A stretch of DNA of 64,000 nucleotides from Hyaloraphidium curvatum SAG 235-1 (taxonomy: Eukaryota > Fungi > Monoblepharomycota). The stretch covers positions 310,001-374,000 of the forward strand of contig JAIVFI010000028.1 of the NCBI GenBank assembly GCA_025558095.1, written 5' to 3'. Positions 10,401 through 20,623 of this stretch are shown one piece after another. The position numbers were made by a program, and so were the translations under genes. The notes beneath the pieces were generated by a model. That model worked only from the letters and a program-made list of their open reading frames with translations. It had not been told where the DNA came from and searched no databases. The stretch's first letter is position 1. Each line of letters begins with the position of its first letter.

Positions 10401-11675
10401 TCAGATCTCGCCCTCCTCCCGCTCCCCGTCGTCGGCATGAGGCGCCAGGTCCGAGTAGTCCGTCACCCGCCTCGCGCCCAGCGGCGGCGGCGCCCCGCCC
10501 ATCCCGGGGGGCGCACCCAGCGCGGGAGGCGCACCCAGGGCCGGCGGCTCCGCCAGCCCCGGCGGCGCACCGAGCCCGGGAGGTCCGTCCGCGGCGACGC
10601 CCGGCGGCAGTGGCTGCGGCGACGCCCCCCTCCTCCCGTTCTCCTTCCCCGCCTTGCCCTGCGCGCCCGCGGTGACGCCCCCCTGGTGCAGCACCATCGC
10701 CCTGCATGCCGCATGCACCTCCATCGCCACGCTCCGCACCGTGAGCTCCGACACGGCGGCCCCGCCGCCGTCCATCTGCGACACCGCCTCCCAGATGGGA
10801 ATGTCCCACATGCCCAGCTTCTCCTTCATGAAGGCGCACGCGGCGTACAGCGCCGCCGCGCCGACCACGGCGGGCGGGAACCGGAGCAGCAGCGTGGTCT
10901 CGTAGCAGTCCACCAGCGCTGTCCAGGCGAGCTCCCGCGCCTCGCGCGAGGCGCGGTACCGCTCGGCGAGGTCGACCATGGCGGGGAAGGGGTGCTCGAC
11001 GTAGGTGTCGAAGCACACGGCGACGAGGATGCGCTGCTCGTTGGCGGCGACGGCGTCGGCCCAGCGGATGGCCGAGGCGGGGTCGGGCCCGGGGAGGGGC
11101 GAGCGGGGGTTACAGCGGCGCCAGCACGCGGCGGCGATGTCCTTGAGGCGGCGGAAGTCGTTTTCCAGCTTGCATGCGAGGAAGAGGGCTGCGCCGCACG
11201 CGTCCGGGTAGGGCATCTCCGCGAACGTGGTGCGCAGGTAGGCGCGGTGCAGGAGCATGGCCGCGGTGCAGCGTGCGGCGGTGGACGCGCGCACGGAGCG
11301 AGCGATGCGGTCCAGGAAGCGGACGGCCTTTGCGCGCTCCGCCCGCTCCAGCGCCTCGGACAAGCCCTGCAGGGCGATGCTGGGAGCGCGCGCGAGGTCG
11401 TCCGGCGAGAAGACCCACGCGTTCTGGCGCGAGACGGCGGCGAGGTGCGTGCGGTCGCGGCGCGGGGCGTGCGCGGGCTGGTCGGCGCGCGGCTTCTGCG
11501 ACGTCGCGCCGAGCCGCCCGCCGCGCTTGGGCAGCGTGGCCGACGCGAGCCCGGCCGACGAGCGCAGCGGCGCGGAGCCCCCGCCGGGCTGGCCTCCCGC
11601 CGCCCCGCCGCCGCCGCCCGGGTTGTACCCGCCGCCGCCGCGGTACGGCTGGCGCACCGGTCCCGGTACGCTCAT
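10401..11675 (-). CDS. Transcriptional cyclin (cyclin K/T/L-like)
   Basis: Cyclin box: ERAKAVRFL..TAAMLLHRAY..AALFLACKLEN..EQRILVAVCFDTYVEHP. Pro-rich tail. Confidence 0.85.
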   Translation of the reverse strand: MSVPGPVRQPYRGGGGYNPGGGGGAAGGQPGGGSAPLRSSAGLASATLPKRGGRLGATSQKPRADQPAHAPRRDRTHLAAVSRQNAWVFSPDDLARAPSIALQGLSEALERAERAKAVRFLDRIARSVRASTAARCTAAMLLHRAYLRTTFAEMPYPDACGAALFLACKLENDFRRLKDIAAACWRRCNPRSPLPGPDPASAIRWADAVAANEQRILVAVCFDTYVEHPFPAMVDLAERYRASREARELAWTALVDCYETTLLLRFPPAVVGAAALYAACAFMKEKLGMWDIPIWEAVSQMDGGGAAVSELTVRSVAMEVHAACRAMVLHQGGVTAGAQGKAGKENGRRGASPQPLPPGVAADGPPGLGAPPGLAEPPALGAPPALGAPPGMGGAPPPLGARRVTDYSDLAPHADDGEREEGEI

Positions 11676-11762
11676 CGTCCTCCGAGGCGGGTGATCTGTG
11701 TGCACGAGCAATGGGAGGCCTCTCAGAAACCGGCACACCGACCCCCCTTTCATTTCGCCGCG

Positions 11763-14228
11763 ATGGTGGACAAGAAGAAGGACGACGATGCGCAAAAGAC
11801 AAAGGAGGGCGCGCTCAAGGTGGAGGGCGTCGCCGTGGCGGGATCGGCACCCCCTCACACGCCACCCGACAGCACCTCACGGCGCAGAAGCTGACGGCGT
11901 TCGAGCGCGGCATCAACCTCAAGACACCGTTCCAGAAGGCAAAGGAAGAGGCCGAGGCGCGCCGCAGGAAGGAGATGGAGGAGGCGTCGGCCGTCTACCA
12001 GGACTTTGTCGCGTCGTTCGACGACGGCTCGGACGGCGGCCGCGACAGGCTCGCCGCCGCCGCAAACAAGAGCTGGGTGCGCGGCCAGACCATCCGGCCG
12101 TCGCCGCTGGCGGACGAGGCCGCGGAGGACCCGGGACCGCGGGGCGGCGACGTCTACAAGCCGTCAGCAAAGACCTTTGTGCCCGGGCAGGGCGTCCCCG
12201 GCCGCGCCCCGGCGCCCCAGCACGGCTCCCGGTCTCCCCCCTCGGAACGCGCCGGCCTGGGCTCCTCCTCCTCTTTCATGGAACCCGACGCCCGCCCCTC
12301 GTTCTCCCGCGCCCGCTCCCCACCCCGCCGCCCCCCTCCCCGCGCACGCTCCCCCTCCCCCCCTCCCGCCCAGCCCTCCTCCGGCGGCCGCAAGCGCAAC
12401 CTCGACACCTTCATGGAGGAACTCAAGCGCGAGCAGGAGGAACGCGACCGCAGGAACCGCCGCCGCCCCGACGCCGCGCAGCTCGGCAGCCACGACACGG
12501 GCGACGGCACCTCGACCAACCTGTACGTGGGCAACCTCTCCCCCTCTCTGGACGAGCCGGCGCTGTGCCGCGAGTTTGGTCGGTACGGCGCCATCGCGAG
12601 CATCAAGATCATGTGGCCGCGGAACAGGGAGGAGAGGGAACGGGGGCGCAACTGCGGGTTCGTGAGCTTCATGGACCGGCAGAGCGCGGAAAAGGCGCTC
12701 AAGGACATGGACGGGAGGGAGGTGGCGGGGTTCGCAATGCGCGTGGGGTGGGGGAAGCCGGTGCCGATCCCGGACAGGCCGTACTTTGGTTCGTCCCCCG
12801 CTGTTCCACGCCGCCGCCCTCGCTAACCGATCGCCGCCCCGTTAAAGTCCTCAACGCGAACCAGGCGCAATCCGCCCCCGCCGAGCGCACCGGCCTCCCC
12901 TTTGGCGCGCGCCTGGCGCCCGGCGGCGGCCGCGCGCGGGTCGAGGTGCCCGTGCGCGCGCCGGCGGACGCCGCGCTGCGCTGGCGCATCCACAGGACCG
13001 TGGAGAGGGCGGTCAGGTACGGGCCGGACTTCGAGGCCGCGGTGGTGGAGAGGGAGAGGGGGAACGAGACGGGGCCGTTCGCGTTCCTGTTTGATTTCGA
13101 GGTGCGGATCGTCTCGACGTGGCGTTTGGTGGTCTGATTGCCCGACGTTCCGGTCCGCTTGGATTCGCACAGTCTCCGGAACACGTCTACTACCGCTGGA
13201 AGCTCTACTCGGTGCTGCAGGGCGAGCCGCCCTCGGGCCCATGGCGCACCACGCCCTTCGAGATGTACGACGAGGGCCCCGCATGGAGCCCGCCCCGGCC
13301 GGCCGACGCCGACGCCGCCAAAGAGGAGCCCGAGGACGAGCTCGTGCAGACGACCGACAGCGACACCGACTCGGTCGCCTCGGAGGAGGAGGGCCCCGGC
13401 CCGCTGCCGTACCGCAAGCTCCGCGGGGCCGACCGCGCGCGGCTCTCCCCGCGCGACCGGCGCAAGCTCGTGCTGCTCCTCCGCCGCGCGGACCTCTCGC
13501 GGGGCAGCATCGCCAAGGCCATGGCCTTCTGCGTGGACCGCGCCGACGCCGCCGAGGAGGTCGTGGACCTCGTGGTGCGCTCGCTGCTGCTGCCGGGCAC
13601 CCCCGTGTTCCCGGGAAAGATCGCGCGGCTGTACGTGCTCTCGGACCTGCTGCACAACGCGTCGTCGTCGGTGCACAACGCGTGGAAGTTCCGCGCGCTG
13701 GTGCAGCCGAGGCTGGCGGCGGTCTTTGCCCACCTCGGGGAGCACTGGCGCCGCATCCCCGCCCGCTTGAAGGCGGAGCAGATGCGGAGGGCGGTGATGG
13801 CCGCCGTGGAGGCGTGGGAGACGTGGATCGTGTTCCCGAGGGAACAGGTGGAGGAGTGGAAGGCGGCGTTCAAGGGGACCAGGGGCCGGGAGGGCGAGGG
13901 CGACGAGGCGCGGGAGGAGCTGGACGGCGAGCCCATGGACGACGTCGACGGGGTGCCGATGGAGGACGTGGACGGGGTGCCGCTGGATGCGCCGCCGCCG
14001 TCCAAGTTCGCCCCGATCGGGGAGAAGCCCGCGGAGGAGGCGGACGACGACGAGGACCTGGACGGGGCGCCGATCGGGACGGTGCCGGTCGTGTCCAAAT
14101 TTGTCCCCGTGGGAGCCAAGGACGACGACGAGGAGGAGGACCTCGACGGCTTGCCCATGGGCGCTTCCGCTCCCGAGCAGGCGGCCAAGGCGGATGACGA
14201 CGAGGATCTGGACGGCGTGCCGATGTAG
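11763..14228 (+). CDS. U2SURP: U2 snRNP-associated SURP-motif protein (SR140): RRM + SURP + CID (about 4 exons)
   Basis: GSHDTGDGTSTNLYVGNL, IKIMWPR..RNCGFVSFM, SURP (IHRTVE..GPDFEA, HVYYRWKLYS), CID (KIARLYVLSDLLHN) and DLDGxP repeats. Confidence 0.92.
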
Positions 14229-14282
14229 AGCTTGGCAGGAGGCGGCAAGGCGCCGCGGGTATCGCAATCCCATTCAGAAACG

Positions 14283-15896
14283 CTATTGGCCCAGAAAAGA
14301 CCTGCAAATGTCGATCGCCTGGTCCAGGCTGTTGTCCGCCTGCACGTAGACCTCCCAGATGATGTCGTCCTCCAGCCCGGCGCCGGCCGGCCCGAGCCTC
14401 TCCCTCGCGGCACGCAGCACGGCCGGCCGCTGCTCCGCCGCGCCGAGCTCGCCGCGCAGAATGTCCGCCGCGAAGGCGATGTTGCCGTCTGCCATGGTGA
14501 GGATGGAATCGAGGTGCGCGCGGGGGAACGAGGGGAAGCTCGAGTAGAAGGCGGCCAGCTCGGGATGGCGCGCAGCCTGGTGGGCTGCCGCGTGGGCAGG
14601 CGCAGGGCGAGGAATGGGGGCGGGCGCCGCGCCCTGCGGCGGGGTGACGGGGCCCGGCGGCTCTGCCCTGGGCGGGGTGGGCGCGGGGCCCTCGGCAGCT
14701 GGGGATCCGCGGCGCGAGCCGTCGCCGCCTTCCGTGCCTGTGCCGGCCGCCGGGCTTCCGCCTTGTTGGCCACCGTTCTCCGCCCCTCCGCTCCCGCCGC
14801 CGGCGCTCCCGCCCTCCTCCTCCTCCTCTTCCTCGTCTTCCTCCTCGGCGTCGTCCCCGGGGCCGACCGCGAGAAACGACGCCGCGCGCTCCACGTTCCA
14901 CCCCGCCCTGTCCAGCGTCCGTATGACCTTGTTGTGCGACGCGTCGGGGAACAGGGCCTCGAGGTTGGCGACGGCGTCCGCCTCCTCCTGCGTGAAGCTC
15001 CGATCCCCGACATCCTCGTCGTCCGGATCGGGCGTCCGCAGCCGGTGTTCCACAGAGTCCTCGGCCTCGCGCACAGGCTCCGACTGCGGTTCCGCGGGTT
15101 CCTCCACAAGGAGACCCGGTACCGGGCTGTCCGCGGCCTCGGCGTTGGCGTCCCGAGACGAGCCTGCGCCGTCGGCCGGCCCCGAAGGTCCGCCGTTGTC
15201 GCCCTCCCGTACGACCTGCTTGCCCTTCCTCCCCGATGCCTCTGCGCGCTGCCTGGCCCGCTCCAGCCCCGCCTCATGCACCTCCCAGATGAGGTCGCGG
15301 AATGCGAGCGCGGCCTCGGGGTCCGGGAACGACACCTTTGCAAAGGGCCGTATCCCGCCGTCCTTGGGGGGGTAAAAGTCCTGCCATCGCTGGCCCAGCG
15401 ACTCTGCTCGGGCCCTCCATTCCTCGAGCAGGTTCGGCTCGAACAGCGAGGACCGCACTTGGGGCAGGCGCGCCGCGGGGTCGGCGGTCCCGGGCAAGGC
15501 GGGCGGTTCCGGCGACGCGGCGAGCCGCTGCGGGCGCTCCGCCTGGACGATGCCGCGGAAGCGCGCGATGCAGTCGGCGTCGGGCCACGAAACGCGGTGC
15601 AGCAGCGCCTGCGGTGGGAATCGGGCGTTGCTCAGCGCCGTCTGAGAAGGTGCCCGCCGCCCCACCTCCGTCAGGTCGAAGCGCAGCCGGCCGCCGTCCG
15701 CGCCGCACTTGCGCAGCGCGTCGCGCGCCACGCCGAGCCAGGGATGTGCGGCCTGCGCGGCGTCGAGTGTGCCCGGACCTCCCGCCCCGTCCGCTTCGCG
15801 CGCCCGCTTCGTCCCGCGCGGCGCCTCGGCCTCGCCCGCGCCGGCGGACGCGTCGTTGGGCAGTCCGCCGCCCGCATGCTCCGTCCCGGCCATCAT
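14283..15896 (-). CDS. Hypothetical protein with about 3 CUE/UBA-like ubiquitin-binding domains
   Basis: LEALFPD..VIRTL..AGWNVERAASFL; FYSSFPS..LDSILTMADGNIAFAADIL; LEDDIIWEVY..DNSLDQAIDIC. Confidence 0.7.
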   Translation of the reverse strand: MMAGTEHAGGGLPNDASAGAGEAEAPRGTKRAREADGAGGPGTLDAAQAAHPWLGVARDALRKCGADGGRLRFDLTEVGRRAPSQTALSNARFPPQALLHRVSWPDADCIARFRGIVQAERPQRLAASPEPPALPGTADPAARLPQVRSSLFEPNLLEEWRARAESLGQRWQDFYPPKDGGIRPFAKVSFPDPEAALAFRDLIWEVHEAGLERARQRAEASGRKGKQVVREGDNGGPSGPADGAGSSRDANAEAADSPVPGLLVEEPAEPQSEPVREAEDSVEHRLRTPDPDDEDVGDRSFTQEEADAVANLEALFPDASHNKVIRTLDRAGWNVERAASFLAVGPGDDAEEEDEEEEEEEGGSAGGGSGGAENGGQQGGSPAAGTGTEGGDGSRRGSPAAEGPAPTPPRAEPPGPVTPPQGAAPAPIPRPAPAHAAAHQAARHPELAAFYSSFPSFPRAHLDSILTMADGNIAFAADILRGELGAAEQRPAVLRAARERLGPAGAGLEDDIIWEVYVQADNSLDQAIDICRSFLGQ

Positions 15897-16042
15897 GGCG
15901 CGGTGCACGGTGGTCCGCGAGCCCGCGGTTGCACGAAGAGGTGGGCTAAAGAGTTTGATCCACTTTCGAATGTTAGACGCGAATTTCCGATACGGGCGGA
16001 ATCTGGACGTGGGCGACAACTTCGAGAACGCATTCCGCCGCG

Positions 16043-17104
16043 ATGCAGTCCGTTCGCGTCTTCCGGCCCTTCTTCGCGCAGGGCCGCCGCGCCTTTGCCG
16101 CGTCGGCCGCGACCCGGAGCGCCCAGTCGCAGGCGGCGCAGTCGCTGGGCACGTTCGAGTACCTGCTCGCGACAAAGACGCCGTCAAAGGTCGGCGTCAT
16201 CCAGCTCAACAGGCCAAAGGCCCTCAACGCGCTGTGCGCGGGCCTGTTTGTCGAGCTGAACCAGGTCATGGCGAAGCTGGACAAGGACCCGGAGGTCAAG
16301 GCGATCGTGCTCACGGGGAGCGACAAGGCTTTTGCCGGTCCGTGGCCCGCCCGCGTCCGCTCGGTGGCGGCTCGGAGCTCATCGGAACGTCCCTTCTTGC
16401 CAGCCGGCGCCGACATCAAGGAGATGAAGGACCGCGGGTTCGTCGAGAACTACAAGGACGACTTCCTCGCCTCGTGGAGCGACGTCACCCGGATCCGCAA
16501 ACCGATCATCGCCGCCGTCAACGGATTTGCTGTCAGTGCAGTGGCTGCGTGACACCTGCCGGAGATGCTGACGTGCCGCCCCGTCGAAGCTCGGCGGCGG
16601 CTGCGAGCTGGCTATGATGTGCGACATCATCTACGCCGGCGCGAACGCCAAGTTCGGCCAGCCCGAGATCAAGCTCGGCACGATCCCCGGCGCCGGCGGC
16701 ACGCAGCGCCTGACCAAGGCCGTGGGCAAGAGCAAGGCGATGGAGCTCTGCCTGACCGGCGACTTTTTCTCGGCCGAGGATGCGGAAAAGGCCGGGCTGG
16801 TGAGCAAGGTGTTCCCCGTCGAAAAGACCCTGGAGGAGGCGATCAAGCTCGCGGAGAAGATCGCGGGGATGAGCTCGCCGATCGCGATCATGGTCAAGGA
16901 GGCCGTGAACAAATGTGGGTCGGCCGTGCTCTGCCCGTTGAGTGGGATGCTCATTCCGCCGCGTCGGCAGCGTACGAGACCACGCTGGGCGAGGGCCTCG
17001 ACCTCGAGCGCCGCATGTTCCACTCGACCTTTGCCACGAAGGACCAGAAGGAGGGCATGGCCGCCTTTGCCGAAAAACGCGCGCCCACGTTCGTGGACGC
17101 CTGA
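16043..17104 (+). CDS. ECHS1: Mitochondrial short-chain enoyl-CoA hydratase (4 exons)
   Basis: Presequence, [32 protein letters not shown] and [20 protein letters not shown]. Confidence 0.95.
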
Positions 17105-17223
17105 CGAGAAGACGATGCTGTGTCAAATATCATTCCAAAATGCCATACATGGTCCCTCGATGTGTCCCCTTTTCTTTTCATTGGCTTCCGTGGATCAGTG
17201 TGCTGCGCTGCCGGCGTCCTGCC

Positions 17224-20200
17224 TCAGATGGTGCTCAGGAACTGCCTCCAGTTGGCGTCCTCCGCCTCCTCGATATCATCGTCGTCGTCCGATCGAGCAT
17301 CAAGGAGGTGCACCTCATCGGCAGCCGCGCTGAAGTCCAGCGCCGATCCCGCGGCAAACATGTCCGCATCCGACGCGTTGACAGAGACCGCGGTCGGGGT
17401 GCGCTTGCGATCCCGCTCCCACTCGGTGAATGCTTTGTTGGGCTTCTTGCGATTCGCGAGGGACCGGCTGGAATTGATCCCGTCAGCTGCGGGCTCCTTG
17501 GGAAGCCTCGCCATCACGAACGTACCTCACGTACTCGTTGTAATCCATCTCGGACGGATCCAGGATCCGGTTCTCCCCGTAGTTCTCAATGATGCTCGGG
17601 GCAAACTTCTCGACCATCTGCGCGTTCGTCGCTATGAAAAACGGTCGAGCGCGCCAGGGCCGGATCTTCTCACCTCGTTCAAGTCGTGCTGCAGGGCAGC
17701 CCGCTCCTTCCGCAAGTCGTCCGTAACGCTCGGATTCAGCAGCGACATAAAAAGCGGCCAGAGGCTGTTTCGAAGCTCGCTTCCGATCTCTGCGGTGCGG
17801 TGGTTGTGGCAGGCCGCGAACAAACCCCCGGGGTGAACTCACCCGAAAGCCGGATCGTCATCCACGCCACAAAGAAAGTGCCGCCATAGAAAACGGGGAA
17901 GAAGAGGAAAGTTATCCAAGGCCAACCAAAGAAAAAGACTAGCGCGCTCGTGAAGGCGCACGTGACGGCGAAGAAGTAAACGGGAACGACAATGGACCCG
18001 AAGATGATCTTGTTCTGTTGACCAACTAGTGAGAGGCGCCCCTGGCGGACCGCCGCGCTCCGCCGCACCGTAGAAATCACATCCTGTCCCGTCAGCTTGA
18101 CGGTCGACGCAGCCTTGGCCTTCCTAGCTTTCTCTTGCGCGTATCGGCGGATCAAAAACATTGGCGGAAGGAGCAGAAAGCTGCCAGGCAGCGCGACGAC
18201 CTGGAAAGGGTCCCGTGAGTTCCAGCGCCGTACAGAACCGCGTCCGGAGACACGGACAAGCATGGTCAGCAACTGAGCGACCCTCGTAATGAGAATGCGC
18301 ACGGTCTCGAAGCCGCCGACGCCGATGGAGAAGTCGACGAGCTGGTGATCGCGGATGTTGTAGGTTTCAAGCTTGTGGTGGAACGCGAGCAGCCTGTCCA
18401 TCATCGCCTTGTGCTCCTCGTTGTCCTTGTACTTGAGATAGGACTGTGCGGCGGGATGAGATAAGACTGCGTGCCTCTCTCCGGCACAGCATGAACGCAC
18501 GGTCATGAGCCTCCGAGTCAGCTCGAGGTTCTCATGCTCCGTAAGCTGGCGATTGATTGGCCTCAGAAGCCTGCGCGCCGTCTGCACAACCTTCAAAGTA
18601 TCATACTGCACGGCCCCAGTCAACCACTGCCTTCAGGCATTCGACTGACTCACGTCCGGCGCATTGACAGTGACACTCTTGAGGGCTGCGAAAGTGCGCT
18701 CCAGGAGTTCCCCGATGGCTTTCCTCTTTGCTTCGCCGCCCTGCTTGTACATCTCCACGTACTCCGGCGGAATCGAGACAGGGGCTCCGTACTCGACTGC
18801 AACTCGAGAGCGGAACCGGTCCCGATTAAAGTAGTGGAGGCCAACGGGAACGAGCTTGACGTCCAGGTCCGGCTGCTGGACCATAGCCCCGAGGGCCATG
18901 ACGATCACACCGGCTTTGAGCGGGAGAAGCTCCGGCTGGTCGTGACTGCAGAGGAAGCATGCTCGACGGGAGCGAAGACAACTGGGCAGTGCAAGCTTCC
19001 CACCTTCCGCCTTCTGGAAAAATGCCGACAGCTCCGCCGTTGCCAAGCCGCTCGTGAACGGCGGAATAGACGGCGTTCTGGTCCAGGTGCGGGATCACCC
19101 TGAAGGTGCTGCCGTAGCCGGCGGCCTGGGGCGGCGAAGGCGCTTTCGGCTGCCGGCTCGCGGCACCGATACCGAAGAGGCGGTAAGCGAGCTTGTTGAG
19201 CGTGCTCTGCTTGGTCTGGGGCTTGGGGGCAGGGGGCGCCGGAGGTGCCGTCACAGAATCCGGGACAGTCCCAGACTTGACCTCCTCCGCCGCCTGTGCA
19301 CTGAGGGCCAGGGTTGCCAAGACTGGAGCGGTGAGTTCACCCTTTACGACGAGCTCCGTGTCGCTCTTGACCTCTGAACCACCGCAAGGCAGGTTAGACG
19401 GCTGTCGACGGCGAGCAAGGTCCGAGCACGAGTCAACCCACCGAGAACATCGAGCTGTTCCTTGCTGGGAAACACGATTTGATCCCTCGGGTGGACCTGC
19501 TGCATGAACTGCGTCCCGATGCCTTTCAGAGTCTGGACCTTTCCGCCTTCGTCGGTGGTGTAGACCAAGCCAATGCCCTTGCTGGCATAATCTTGCGGCC
19601 GTGGAACGGGAACTGGCGAGCGTGGTCAGTATGCCGTGCACGGGAGGGCCAGCGAGTAAACCCACTGGCCTGCATCGCCTTGCCCAGGACCTTGACAGCT
19701 GCCACGTTCTCCAAAGACACCTTTGCCGTCAGGTACCCGACCTTCCGCGGGCATGTCGAGACGACGATCGCCGGATCAATGAACTGGTTCGCGTGAGGGG
19801 CGCAGACGAGGAACACCGGTCCGGTCTTGGGCACCCTGTGGGACCCCCGCTCGATGATGTCCTGCAAGAACGCAAGATGACACGTGTCAGCACGTCCTGT
19901 ATATCGACGACCCGTCGGCAGCCTCCCCGCCCGCGCTGGGAGTGGACCCCGAGGCGGCCCCCAGCGTCTCCCAGACACTCGCCTTGAAGTACGTCAAGAG
20001 GAAGTACCGCACGAACGACTTGATTGCCTGATATTTTCCTTCTTCGCCGATCAGGATAGTGACGATGGCGTCGAGTTTCTCCTCCCATCTGGTCCGGGAG
20101 TCAGCGGTCAGTTGCGGACCCTCGGAGAGCTCCCGCCCGTGCCACGTCTCGCAGACGCGCTCCTCCCCGCAATCGCGTGGCTACACGTCCCGAGAGAATG

Positions 20201-20254
20201 CACGCATCGCGAAACTGACTCTTTTCCGTAGGTAAGCACGTTCTTCTCCGACAT
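17224..20254 (-). CDS. Glycerol-3-phosphate/DHAP acyltransferase, SCT1/GPT2-like (multi-exon)
   Basis: [17 protein letters not shown]|[32 protein letters not shown] and [14 protein letters not shown]. Exon 1 reads [12 protein letters not shown]. Confidence 0.9.
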
Positions 20255-20623
20255 CGTGGGGGCGGCGCGAAGCTCGAGCGGAAGGGCCCCAAGCCGCAGT
20301 GACGCGCCGTCCGAAGTCTGTGCGGCGACGAAAGACGGGCCTGTCCGCGCTGCTACGCGATGAGCTGTCTCAACGTGTGACGGGAGACGCGAAACGTAGA
20401 CCCTGGAAGACCCCCCGACTACGTGATGAAAAGGAGAGGTTGTGTCTGACTCCACAAGCCCGTGACCACTCTTGTCGCCGAAGACTCCGGCGAAATGACT
20501 TTTGGAGCTCCATGCCCGTACTAAATTGAGATTCGTCACTGGAACCCGAAGGACGTCCCTCTAGTAGCGGCTACAGCCAGGGTGACTGGGCTTTGAAGGC
20601 CAACTGTGGACGAACTCTAGCAC

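Noticed and set aside
13915-14228. Repeated GACGGCGTGCCGATG-like units resembling a repeat array
   Set aside because: They encode the DLDGxP repeats known from SR140/U2SURP; this is not CRISPR or a mobile element.
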